DNA of 64,000 nucleotides. Origin: Vicinamibacteria bacterium (GTDB lineage: Bacteria > Acidobacteriota > Vicinamibacteria > Marinacidobacterales > Marinacidobacteraceae). Shown piece after piece: positions 11,498-20,766 of this stretch. The notes beneath the pieces are model-generated. The model did not search any database. It was not told the origin of the DNA and worked only from the letters and a program-made list of their open reading frames with translations. Both the position numbers and the translations under genes were made by a program. The stretch covers positions 960,001 to 1,024,000 of the forward strand of contig OZ219815.1 in assembly GCA_964291235.2 (NCBI GenBank). The letters are read 5' to 3'. Position 1 is the first letter of the stretch. Each line of letters starts with the position of its first letter.

Positions 11498-12862
11498 TCA
11501 GTCGCCGTAGCCGACGGTCGAACGCGCGAATTCCTTGACCTTCTCGGCCATCCGGCGCTCTTCCACGATCTTCTCCCAATCCACCGCGGGCTCTTTCACC
11601 TCGGCGGTGGGCGGAAGAATGTACTTCGGCATGTTGTACTCGTCCTTGAACATCTGCGTCCGGACGTGCCCGGTGGCGAACTCGGCGTTCTCTCCCGACA
11701 TGAGGTAGGTCAGCGTCGGAACGACGTCCCGCCGCTGCACCCGCTCGGTGACGGTATGGCCCTTCTTGAAGTCGGGCCCGAGCGCCATGAACCACACGTA
11801 GTGGGCGTAGTAGTTGCCCGGGCTGTGGCCAAGCTGTCCGTAGATGTTCACTTCGTCGTCCCGGCCGCACTCGGGGCGGATCACCAGCGCGGTGGTGTCC
11901 CGGAGGTACGCGTCGGCCTGGATCTGGCGCCACAGGTTGCCGATCAGCTCATCGGTAGTCTTGATGTGCTTGATGTACTCCCAGTAGTCCGTGTTGTAGT
12001 CCCAGAATCCGAAGTCGGCGTGCGCGTCGTCGAGAGCGAGGATTTGCGCGGTGATGGACTTCGGCTTGAACTCCTTGAGGATCTGGGGCACCAGGGTCAG
12101 CACCTGGGCGTCCCCGTAAGGGATTTCCCGGTTGATGACCGGCTCCCGGGTGGAAGGCGGAACGTAGGACTTCGAAGCCAGGGTGCCGTCGATGAAGTCC
12201 TCGACCTGCTTCCGCTCCTTCGCGGTGTGCCCGAGCCCCTTTTCGACGTTCAGATCCACGATCTGAGCGCCGGTGAGCTTCTGCTCCGGATAGAAGATCC
12301 GGTTCATGGTGAGGCTCGTGGACCCGTGCTTTACGCCGTACTCGGGATGCTGGCTGAAGTGCTTCACGTCCCAGGTCCAGGCCCGGTAGTAGGAAGCACT
12401 CTGCAGGGTCCAGAAATCGGTCGCCGTCCCGCCGGCCTTCTTCCGGATGTACTCGGCCCAGGTGGGGTAGCGGGGCCGCTGTGCGGGAGCATCCACGCCG
12501 CTGAGCACCTCGGAGTACATGTAGCCGTGGAGGTTCGCGGTCTCGCCGTAGTCCTCGGTGAAGACCGTGCCCTCGGCAGCCATCTTCGTCTGGAACGGCG
12601 AGTGCTCCGGGTTGTCGATGACGTCGATCTTCCGGGCGCCGTTTCCGAGGATGACGGTCACCAGGTGCTTCGTCTTGAAGCCCGGGTTCTCCGGAAGGAC
12701 CATGCCGCCCTGCGGAATCCCGGCGCCCGCTTCGAAGATGGGGCTGCCGGCGGCGTTCCGGCCACTCAGCACCGCACCGGCGCTGGCAGCCGCGCCCAGT
12801 TTGAAGAAGTCGCGACGGTCAATCGTCTTGGCGGTCGCTTTGGCGGTCTTCTCGGCGGTCAT
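11498..12862 (-). CDS. Tat-exported protein with degenerate alkaline-phosphatase/sulfatase-like fold
   Basis: IDRRDFFK Tat motif; KHLVTVILGNGAR, LDDAH, IRPECGRD, GH, ALGPDFKKG and DVVPTL blocks follow the AlkP-superfamily order. Confidence 0.7.
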   Translation of the reverse strand: MTAEKTAKATAKTIDRRDFFKLGAAASAGAVLSGRNAAGSPIFEAGAGIPQGGMVLPENPGFKTKHLVTVILGNGARKIDVIDNPEHSPFQTKMAAEGTVFTEDYGETANLHGYMYSEVLSGVDAPAQRPRYPTWAEYIRKKAGGTATDFWTLQSASYYRAWTWDVKHFSQHPEYGVKHGSTSLTMNRIFYPEQKLTGAQIVDLNVEKGLGHTAKERKQVEDFIDGTLASKSYVPPSTREPVINREIPYGDAQVLTLVPQILKEFKPKSITAQILALDDAHADFGFWDYNTDYWEYIKHIKTTDELIGNLWRQIQADAYLRDTTALVIRPECGRDDEVNIYGQLGHSPGNYYAHYVWFMALGPDFKKGHTVTERVQRRDVVPTLTYLMSGENAEFATGHVRTQMFKDEYNMPKYILPPTAEVKEPAVDWEKIVEERRMAEKVKEFARSTVGYGD

Positions 12863-14334
12863 CGGGGACCCTCCTTGCCGCTTTCGTCGGCGGCTTCGGT
12901 GTCTTCATTGTAGAAGTTGACCGTGATTCCGTCTATTTCGGAATCCCGATCTTCGTAGTAGAGCTTGAAGTTGCGGGCCTCGTCGGAGATGCCGAGCCGC
13001 ACGAGTTCCCAATCCCCCCACTCCATCGTGTCGGTGACGGTGAACGAGCCGGTCCAGATGTGCGGCTCGGGGAGCTTCGAGGGACGGTTGAGCGCCACGA
13101 AACCGCCGGTCTCGGGGGTCATGCTCTTGAGCTTGACCTTGAGCGCGTCGGCGCCATTCGGCGAACGGACATATCCCTCGATGCCGTGCACGCCCGAGAG
13201 GTTGTCTTCGGCCAGCACGGTGAGGCCCACCTGCTCGCCCAGCTTGGCCTCGGTCTTGGTGAACTGCACCGCCAGGATCTCTGCCGGCACCTGGTCGATC
13301 ATCTCCGTTTCCTGCTCCACGTGCACCGTGGCGGCTTCCATCAGCGGCTCGGTCCGGTTGAAGTAGTACCGGATGTTGGTGGCGTGGTCCTTGAGCGTGA
13401 CGCGCATGAGCTGCCACTCGCCGCCCTCGTACCACTGCGGGATCTGGAGTGCGCCCTTGAAGAGGCCCGGCTGGGCTCCCACCATCACCATCGTCGAGCG
13501 GATCTGGTGGTATCCGCTCGGGGAAACCCACACGGTCTCCGCTTCGGTGGGGCCGGAAACGTCGTCTTCGGCGAGCACGCTGTACTTGATCAGGCCATCG
13601 CCGGCCCGCACCCGCTCGGTTTCCACGGTGACCGACTTCAGGGTGGGCGCGGTGATATCCACCTGGTCGCTCTTGCTGACATCGAAGCCGACCGGCTGTC
13701 CGTCCTCTTCCTGCATGGCCTTGTGGAAGTCGGCCCAGTAGGCCTTCCGGTCGCCCACCTTGTCGGCGATGATCGTCGTGCCGACGACATAGCGGCCGGG
13801 CGCCGCAAAGCGGGAGAGCTTGCCGCGGCCGAGGAAGAGCGTTTCGTCACTCTCGTGGGGCTGGAAGTTGATGTACATGGTGGCCGCGCGGCCGAGCTCG
13901 CGGTTGTAGAACAGCGAGACGAACGACTGCGCCGCGTTGTAGGGCGAGACGACCCGCGCGATGGCGCGCACCTCGTCTCCAGGCGCCACTTCCTTGCTGA
14001 GCACCCGCATCTCGGTGAGGATCGGAGGAAGCTGGTTCCCGGAGAGGTCCACTTCCTTCAACTGCTGATCGCGGCGCCGGTACTGGTACTGCTCGGGAAC
14101 CCGCAGCTCGGGCGCAAGACCCCAGCCGCCGTCGTCGTGCCCGCTCGAACTTATCACTCCGAACTCGTTCAGCACGTCGTGGGGCTCGAGGAGCGGATGG
14201 GTCTCGCCTTCCGGTGGCTTGGGCTCTTCTTGCTTGTCCTGCGCCATGGCGAAGCCGCCGAGGAACAGGAGCGCGACGGCTGCGGCCAGGAGTCCGACCG
14301 CCAAGCGTTTGGGTGTCGTGGAATGACTGAGCAT
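12859..14334 (-). CDS. Secreted protein with about three tandem Ig-like beta-sandwich repeats
   Basis: Sec signal ending FAMA-Q; repeated P.L..v.v...v..G....aEDd.SG...SP.G...F.G...GEW.L....D.A.N...Y units; ATGA overlap with the downstream gene. The track ORF's N-terminal extension is spurious. Confidence 0.75.
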   Translation of the reverse strand: MLSHSTTPKRLAVGLLAAAVALLFLGGFAMAQDKQEEPKPPEGETHPLLEPHDVLNEFGVISSSGHDDGGWGLAPELRVPEQYQYRRRDQQLKEVDLSGNQLPPILTEMRVLSKEVAPGDEVRAIARVVSPYNAAQSFVSLFYNRELGRAATMYINFQPHESDETLFLGRGKLSRFAAPGRYVVGTTIIADKVGDRKAYWADFHKAMQEEDGQPVGFDVSKSDQVDITAPTLKSVTVETERVRAGDGLIKYSVLAEDDVSGPTEAETVWVSPSGYHQIRSTMVMVGAQPGLFKGALQIPQWYEGGEWQLMRVTLKDHATNIRYYFNRTEPLMEAATVHVEQETEMIDQVPAEILAVQFTKTEAKLGEQVGLTVLAEDNLSGVHGIEGYVRSPNGADALKVKLKSMTPETGGFVALNRPSKLPEPHIWTGSFTVTDTMEWGDWELVRLGISDEARNFKLYYEDRDSEIDGITVNFYNEDTEAADESGKEGPR

Positions 14335-14456
14335 GAGGGAAGTTCTCCGTTCGCCCGGGAATAACCGCCGTGCGGGCAATGCACGGAACGGGGGTCCGCC
14401 CTTATACGGCGGAAAGAGGGCCGAAGTCAAATGGGACAGGGGTTTTTGGCCGCGAT

Positions 14457-15029
14457 TCAGGCCCGGACGGACCGGACGAACTCCGCAGCGCGCCGGATTC
14501 CCGGACTGACCCCGGTCCGTTCCGCGAGGCGGCGGAGATCCCACTGCGCGACGGTCCGCATGTCGAGCCGCATCTGCCCCTCCAGCGAGTCGAACACCGC
14601 CCCGTAATCCCGGAGCGCGCCGTCCACATCTCCGGCGGCCAATCGCGCCGCGGCGAGCAGCAGCCGCTGCCGGTCCGAACCTGACGGATCCATGGCCAGC
14701 GCAATTGGAACGCCGGTCTCCAGTCCGGCATCGCGCGGGAGCGCGAAACCAGCGCCGACGGTGTAACGCTGCGTGCGCAGCGTGGGGGATCAGGCGCGGA
14801 CGGACCGGACGAACTCCGCAGCGCGCCGGATTCCCGGACCGACCCCGGTCCGTTCCGCGAGGCGGCGGAGATCCCACTGCGCGACGGTCCGCATGTCGCG
14901 CCGCATCTGCCCCTCGAGCGAGTCGAACACCACCCCGTAGTCCCGGAGCGCGCCGTCCACATCTCCGGCGGCCAGTCGCGCCGCGGCGAGCAGCAGCCGC
15001 TGCCGGTCCGAACCTGACGGGTCCATGGC
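14457..15029. repeat. About 240-bp direct repeat (14457-14696 and 14790-15029) duplicating the 3' end of the TPR gene
   Basis: Manual alignment shows 8 mismatches; the copy encodes the last 78 aa of the TPR protein. Confidence 0.95.
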
Positions 15030-15989
15030 GTGCGCTGTTTCAAACAGCTCCACCGCTTCCCGGTGGCGTCCTTGCAGGTACACGGCGTTCGCGAGGTTGT
15101 AGTGCCCGAAAATGAAGTCCGGTGCGAGTTCCAGCGCCCGGCGAAAGGCGTCCTCCGCTTCCGGCAGCCGATCCAGATCCCGGAGAGTGACCCCGAGGTT
15201 CGAGGCGAGGGAGTGACTCAGGGGATCGAGGTCCGCGGCCTTCTCGAGTTCGGTCAGCGCTTCGCCGGGGCGTTCCAGCTCCCCGAGGGCCGCCCCGGCG
15301 TTCGCCCACCCGGGGGCGAAACCGGGCAGGGTTTCGGTCGTTCGGCGAAACGACGCGAGCGCCGCCTCCAGATCGTCGAGAACGATCATGGTCTTGCCGA
15401 GTTCGAAGTGCGCGGCGGCGAGAGATTCGTCCCGCTCGATGGCCTTTCGGAAAGACTCGGCCGCTTCCGCCGGGTTCTTGTGCTCGTTCGCCGAACAGCC
15501 GGCCAGCAGATGGCCCATCGGGTGGTCGCCGTTCTCAGCCGTTGCCGCCACGGCTGCCCGGGCGCGCACGCTTGCCGCCGGCGCGTGAAGGGCAATGCGG
15601 CGCAGCTCGGCGGCGCTGCCGGCGCGATCCATATCGGTGGCGTCCGGACCGGAAACCGCGGCGGGGGGGGCGGGAGGGACCGGTTCCCGCGCCACCTCGA
15701 ATTGGCAGGCGGCGCCCTTGCCGGCAAGCAGGTCCGCGGCCCGCCGGACCACTTCATCCTCCCGGGCGGAGGCCACCAGCGAGCGGCTTCCGGCTCCGAG
15801 GTGGGAAAGGCGGGCCAGCACGTAGGCTGGCGTGGCGATCGCGGGGAGGGGAGGCGTTTCGTCGAGCCTGCCGCGCCGGCGAATCGCGGAGCGGCAGGGG
15901 AACGCCCGGTGGAAATCGGGAAGCAGCACGGCGCCGGCCTCTTCGGGGAACGGGCCGGTCTCGTGCAGCCGCAGCGGCAACTCCTCCAT
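14790..15989 (-). CDS. Tetratricopeptide repeat protein
   Basis: Successive TPR units (AHFELG..., GWANAG..., LASNLG..., GHYNLA...); start uncertain because the frame stays open upstream. Confidence 0.85.
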   Translation of the reverse strand: MEELPLRLHETGPFPEEAGAVLLPDFHRAFPCRSAIRRRGRLDETPPLPAIATPAYVLARLSHLGAGSRSLVASAREDEVVRRAADLLAGKGAACQFEVAREPVPPAPPAAVSGPDATDMDRAGSAAELRRIALHAPAASVRARAAVAATAENGDHPMGHLLAGCSANEHKNPAEAAESFRKAIERDESLAAAHFELGKTMIVLDDLEAALASFRRTTETLPGFAPGWANAGAALGELERPGEALTELEKAADLDPLSHSLASNLGVTLRDLDRLPEAEDAFRRALELAPDFIFGHYNLANAVYLQGRHREAVELFETAHAMDPSGSDRQRLLLAAARLAAGDVDGALRDYGVVFDSLEGQMRRDMRTVAQWDLRRLAERTGVGPGIRRAAEFVRSVRA

Positions 15990-16303
15990 GGCTAGCGCCG
16001 GGATGACCGGCGCGTCCGCGGCGGCTGGAACCCGGGACGCGGCGGTGCGCGCGGTCTCTCCATCGCGGCTCAGGAGGAGCCTCCACCTCCCTCCCTCCGG
16101 CGGGGGGCCGATAGGCAGGCCAACCGTTTTCGACCGAAAGCGCGGCAGCTCCGGCGAGCCGCGCCGCCGGTGCGGGAGGTGCGGGACACGACACCCACAC
16201 GGTGTTCTTGAGGCGCGACGCTCCCATGGCCCACGATTCTAAGGACCGGGGCCGGCGTCTCCCGAATTCGTGCATCGCGGGATCAATATGCTTTCCGGGT
16301 TCC

Positions 16304-16966
16304 GTGACGAACACGCTCCACCGCTACGGCGCTCCCCAGACGCTGAAGGACGATTACATCGTCTTCGCGATGGCGGCGCGGGGAATCAACGACGAGGGGT
16401 CTCCCGAAAAGCTCCAGCGGTTCACCGAAATCGCGCTTCGGCACGGTCCCATCAACCTCGGCGACGCAACCAAGGGCGGAATCTTCCGATCCTCCCGGCT
16501 GAATCCCCTGGCCCATTGGCGCCGGCGAAAGCGTCTGGCGGCCGATTCGATCCGGAAGGGGGTGGACGCCCCCACGGTGGTCTCGGCGGTTTTTGACACC
16601 GAGGAGGCGCTGGTCGGTTTCCTCGTGGACCTGAAGGAAGCCGATCTGGGCATCAGCATCAACATCAGCGGTTTGACCGAGCGCGCTGCCGAATTGGCCC
16701 GCGACGCAGGAATCGTGCGGCACAGCGTCGAGTACAGCCTGGGTTTCTTCGGGAACCTGGATCGGCTGCCCGACCGCGCCACCCTCCAGCTTTCCACGAT
16801 GTGCGGGCACGGCATGCTCTCGTTCGGGTTCGCCCGCAAGATGCTGGACTGGGTGCGGACCGGCCGTCGCTCTCCCGAGGAGTGCGCGGAGGCGATGGCG
16901 CGTTTCTGCTCCTGCGGCATCTTCAACACCACCCGCGCCTGCCGCATTCTGCGGGACCGCACCTGA
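16304..16966 (+). CDS. Conserved hypothetical Cys-rich (probable metal/Fe-S binding) protein
   Basis: Probable GTG start MTNTLHRYG; C-terminal TMCGHGM...C...FCSCGIFN..RAC. Confidence 0.7.
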   Translation: MTNTLHRYGAPQTLKDDYIVFAMAARGINDEGSPEKLQRFTEIALRHGPINLGDATKGGIFRSSRLNPLAHWRRRKRLAADSIRKGVDAPTVVSAVFDTEEALVGFLVDLKEADLGISINISGLTERAAELARDAGIVRHSVEYSLGFFGNLDRLPDRATLQLSTMCGHGMLSFGFARKMLDWVRTGRRSPEECAEAMARFCSCGIFNTTRACRILRDRT

Positions 16967-17032
16967 TCGCTACCAAGGAAACCGCGGCGTCGGGTCCGGT
17001 GACGGAAACCGCTAAGAACAGGGGGAAAAACG

Positions 17033-17197
17033 ATGGCTGACTGCCCGGTGTGCGCCGCCGCCGTGGAGATATCCGAGGATCCGCTCGAAGGAGAGGTCCT
17101 CGAGTGTCCGGAATGCGGCAGCGAACTTGAGATTCTGGCCCTCGACCCCATCGTCCTGGGCGAGGCTCCGGAGACGGAAGAGGATTGGGGTGAATGA
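17033..17197 (+). CDS. lysW: Amino-group carrier protein LysW (54 aa)
   Basis: Hand translation [54 protein letters not shown]; zinc ribbon plus EDWGE C-terminus; below the ORF track cut-off. Confidence 0.97.
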   Translation: MADCPVCAAAVEISEDPLEGEVLECPECGSELEILALDPIVLGEAPETEEDWGE

Positions 17198-18030
17198 GGA
17201 TCGGGTTCCTTCATTCGCTGATTCGTCCGGAAGAGAAGCTCCTCATCCGGGAGTTGCGAGGACGTCCCGGCGTCGAGTTGGTACTCCTTGATGACCGTCG
17301 GCTGGTGTTCGATCTGCGAACGCCGCCCGCGGTTGATGTCGTCCTGGAGCGCTCCATAAACCACTCCCGGGCGATGCACGCCCTGCGGCTCCTCGAGAGC
17401 ATGGGTGTCCCCTGCGTCAACCGCTACGAAGTCTCGCGAAAGTGCGGCGACAAGATCCTGACGGCCGTCGCGCTCCAGGAGTTCGGAGTGCCACAGCCGG
17501 AAACGCGGGTCGCGTTCACCGAAGACTCCACCCTGGACGCCATCGAACAGCTCGGTTATCCGGTGGTGTTGAAGCCGGCGGTCGGATCCTGGGGACGGCT
17601 GCTATCCCGGATCAACGATCGGGAGGCGGCGGAGACCGTGATTGAGCACAAGGCGATCCTCGGCAGCTACCACCATTCCATCTTCTTCGCCCAGAAGTAC
17701 ATAGAGAAAGGAGGCCGGGACATTCGCAGCTTCGTGGTCGGGGATGACTGCATCGCCGCCGTCTATCGGACTTCGGATCACTGGATCACCAACACTGCCC
17801 GGGGGGCGCGGACCTCCAACTGCCCGGTCACCGCCGATCTCGCCGAGATCTCGCTGCGGGCGGCGGCCGCGGTTGGAGGCGGCGTCCTGGCGGTGGACCT
17901 GTTCGAGACCGGTGACGGCCTGCTGGTCAACGAGGTCAACTACACGATGGAGTTCCGGAACTCCATTGACGTTACCGGGGTCAACATCCCGGAGAGGATC
18001 GTGTCCTACCTCCTCTCTTCCGACCGATGA
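17194..18030 (+). CDS. lysX: LysW-aminoadipate ligase (RimK-family ATP-grasp)
   Basis: [29 protein letters not shown] (LysX-like rather than ArgX-like); follows lysW. Confidence 0.92.
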   Translation: MRIGFLHSLIRPEEKLLIRELRGRPGVELVLLDDRRLVFDLRTPPAVDVVLERSINHSRAMHALRLLESMGVPCVNRYEVSRKCGDKILTAVALQEFGVPQPETRVAFTEDSTLDAIEQLGYPVVLKPAVGSWGRLLSRINDREAAETVIEHKAILGSYHHSIFFAQKYIEKGGRDIRSFVVGDDCIAAVYRTSDHWITNTARGARTSNCPVTADLAEISLRAAAAVGGGVLAVDLFETGDGLLVNEVNYTMEFRNSIDVTGVNIPERIVSYLLSSDR

Positions 18031-19052
18031 TCCGCGTCTCCATTGCCGGCGGCTCCGGGTACGCCGGCGGCGAACTGCTACGCCTGATGCTGGGTCACCC
18101 CGAGGTCGAGGTGGGGGAGATCACCTCCGAGCGTCTCGCCGGGAAGTACGCCCACGGCGCCCATCCCAACCTGCGCGGCGCCACCCGGCTCCGGTTCTGC
18201 AGGTTGGAAGAGCTTTCGAAGTGCGACGTGCTCTTCGTGTGCCTGCCCCACGGTGAGTCGGCACGTCGGATCGACGACTTCCGCAGCATTGCCGGCCGGA
18301 TTATTGACCTGGGCGCCGATTTCCGGCTGCGCGACAGTGCTGCCTACGAGCGCTGGTACGGCCGGCCGCATCCCCGCCCGGACCTGCTGGGCCGCTTCGT
18401 TTACGGAATCCCGGAACTGAGCCGGCAGGAACTCCCTGACGCGGACCTGGTCGCCTGCGCCGGGTGTAACGCGACCGCCGCCATCCTCGCGCTGAAACCG
18501 CTGTACGCGGCGGGAGTCGTCGGATCCGCCGTCGTGGAGGTCCTTGTCGGATCGAGTGAAGCCGGCAACACGGCGACCGCCACCAGTCACCATCCGGAGC
18601 GCAGCGGCGCGGCCCGGGCCTTCCGGCCCACCGGGCACCGCCATCAGGGGGAGATCACGGCAGTGCTCGGCGCCGACCGGCTCCATTTCTCCGCCACCTC
18701 GATCGAAATGGTGCGCGGAGTCCTGGCGACCTGCCACGCCTTCACGGACCGCGCGCTCGACGATCGGGAGCTGTGGCAGATCTACCGCACCGCCTACGCG
18801 AAGGAGCCCTTCGTGCGCATCGTCAAGGGCCAGAGCGGAATCCATCGCTACCCCGACCCCAAGATCCTCGCCGGAACCAACTTCTGCGACGTGGGGTTCG
18901 AGCGCGATCCCGACACCAACCGGGTGGTGGTGCTCAGCGCGCTCGACAACCTGATGAAGGGAGCGGCGGGGCAGGCGGCGCACGCGTTCAACGTGATGCA
19001 GGGGCTTCCCGAGACTGTCGGCCTGGAATTCACCGGCCTGCACCCGATCTAG
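18027..19052 (+). CDS. lysY: [LysW]-aminoadipyl-phosphate reductase (ArgC family)
   Basis: [34 protein letters not shown]. Confidence 0.92.
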   Translation: MIRVSIAGGSGYAGGELLRLMLGHPEVEVGEITSERLAGKYAHGAHPNLRGATRLRFCRLEELSKCDVLFVCLPHGESARRIDDFRSIAGRIIDLGADFRLRDSAAYERWYGRPHPRPDLLGRFVYGIPELSRQELPDADLVACAGCNATAAILALKPLYAAGVVGSAVVEVLVGSSEAGNTATATSHHPERSGAARAFRPTGHRHQGEITAVLGADRLHFSATSIEMVRGVLATCHAFTDRALDDRELWQIYRTAYAKEPFVRIVKGQSGIHRYPDPKILAGTNFCDVGFERDPDTNRVVVLSALDNLMKGAAGQAAHAFNVMQGLPETVGLEFTGLHPI

Positions 19053-19055
19053 CAA

Positions 19056-19143
19056 CCGTGGAAGAAGCACCCCGCGCGGAAGGCAGGGCGGGACAGGCGC
19101 CGAACCCGCGGATGCCGCGGCGCGCGGGGCACTTCTTCCACGG
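19056..19143. repeat. Intergenic inverted repeat (REP/MITE-like)
   Basis: ccgtggaagaagcaccccgcgcg ... cgcgcggggcacttcttccacgg, 21 of 23 bases complementary. Confidence 0.7.
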
Positions 19144-19309
19144 GCTGATGACGCGTATCGCTCCGCGATCCGCGCCATCCTCTTTCGCGGGGAAGGGGAA
19201 ACCCCCTCCCCGCACCCCTCCCCCCGCGGCACTCCCCGACCGGGCGAACTGGCGCGCCGCCAAAGGCCGGGCAAGCGATCTCGGCGCCGACCGCTAGAGG
19301 ATTCCACCC

Positions 19310-19957
19310 ATGTGCCGTCTGCTCTGCGTCCGTGGCGAATCGGCGTTCGAGATGGAAGAGCACCTGACGGCGTTCAGCGAGGTGGCGAGGAACAGCCGCG
19401 AGTTTCAGGGCCACGGCTGGGGCTGCGCCTGGCTGGAAGGAGGCCGCTGGCGGATCTATCGCAACATCACGCCCGTCTGGGAAGACTCCGGCCGGCCGCG
19501 GGGACGTACGGCGCTCCTGCTCGCGCACGCCCGCAGCGCATTTCGGGACGAAGGGATTCGAGTCGAGAACAACATGCCCTTCTTCGACGGCGCCCGGGCC
19601 TTCATCTTCAACGGAGAACTGCGCGGAGTCCGGATCCGCGAGCGGGGAAGGATCGGCGCCGAGAAAGTCTTCAATTTCGTCAAGCGGTTTGACCGTGGCG
19701 ACTTGCGTCTGGCGCTCGAGCGGGGACTCGTTCGAATCGAGCAGCGGGCCCGCTACGTGCGTGCGATGAACATCATCGTCGCCGACACCACCGGCGCCGT
19801 CTCGGTCGCCAGCCGCTTCAACGAGGATCCCGACTACTTTCAGATGCGGCGGGCTACCGTGGGCACCGCCCGGGTGATCTGCTCCGAGCCCTACCGGGGC
19901 TCCGTGCCGGAGCCGGCGTGGACGCCCATTGCCAACGGTACCGTCACCGGGTTCTGA
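19310..19957 (+). CDS. Class II glutamine amidotransferase-like Ntn hydrolase (EgtC/Dug3/YafJ type)
   Basis: N-terminal MCRLL, GHGWG, AHARSA, NNMPF, FNG, CSEP. Confidence 0.88.
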   Translation: MCRLLCVRGESAFEMEEHLTAFSEVARNSREFQGHGWGCAWLEGGRWRIYRNITPVWEDSGRPRGRTALLLAHARSAFRDEGIRVENNMPFFDGARAFIFNGELRGVRIRERGRIGAEKVFNFVKRFDRGDLRLALERGLVRIEQRARYVRAMNIIVADTTGAVSVASRFNEDPDYFQMRRATVGTARVICSEPYRGSVPEPAWTPIANGTVTGF

Positions 19958-19974
19958 CCACGGGGCCCCGCGAC

Positions 19975-20766
19975 ATGTTGCTGATCAAGATCGGTGGAGG
20001 CGCGTCGATCAACCTGGAGGGCATTGCGGCCGATCTTGCCGAGACCGAGCCGCCGTTCGTGATCATCCACGGCGCGAACGCGTTGCGGGATGCGCTCGGC
20101 CGACGCCTCGGCGTCGAAAAGCGGGTGCTGACCTCGGTGTCCGGCTACACCAGCGTTCACACCGATTCCGACGCTTTGGACCTCATCCTCATGGCCTACG
20201 CCGGGCTGGCCAACAAACGGATCGTCGAGCTTCTGCAACAGCGCGGCGTAAACGCCGTCGGGCTCACCGGCCTCGACGGGGCGCTGGTCCGCGGCCGGAG
20301 GAACCGGGGAATCCGGATCCGGGAGGGCGGCAAGACCTTGATCCGGCGCGACCTGTCCGGAAAGCCCGCCGGGGTGAACGGCGACCTGCTGCGGCTGCTG
20401 CTGAACGCGGGATTCACGCCGGTGCTGACGATTCCCGTTCTCGATGAGCGGGGCTTCGCCATCAATTCGGAGAACGACGACATCCTGGCCGCACTGCATG
20501 AGGAAATGCGCGCCGATCAGGTCATCCAGCTGATCGAGGCGCCGGGCTTTCTGGAAGACCAAGACGACCCCGCTTCGGTGGTCGTCCGCATGGGGCGCTC
20601 CGAGGTCGAGCAGCGGGAGGCGCAGGTGAGCGGACGCATGAAGCGGAAGATGCTGGCGCTCCGACGGTTGCTGGAAGCTGCGGCGACGCGGGTGGTGATC
20701 GCCGACGGACGGGTCGAGCATCCCGTTCGGGACGCCCTCCGCGGGCGGGGGACGGTGATCGAATGA
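19975..20766 (+). CDS. lysZ: [LysW]-aminoadipate kinase
   Basis: IKIGGG, IHGAN, SGYTS, INSENDD, GRMKRKM. Confidence 0.92.
   Translation: MLLIKIGGGASINLEGIAADLAETEPPFVIIHGANALRDALGRRLGVEKRVLTSVSGYTSVHTDSDALDLILMAYAGLANKRIVELLQQRGVNAVGLTGLDGALVRGRRNRGIRIREGGKTLIRRDLSGKPAGVNGDLLRLLLNAGFTPVLTIPVLDERGFAINSENDDILAALHEEMRADQVIQLIEAPGFLEDQDDPASVVVRMGRSEVEQREAQVSGRMKRKMLALRRLLEAAATRVVIADGRVEHPVRDALRGRGTVIE

Noticed and set aside
14335-14877. N-terminal extension of the 672-aa ORF with an internal repeat
   Set aside because: Read-through of the DNA duplication; the real gene starts at 14334 with a signal peptide
14457-15029. Diversity-generating retroelement TR/VR pair
   Set aside because: Mismatches are not adenine-specific on the coding strand (only 1 of 8) and no reverse transcriptase is in the window
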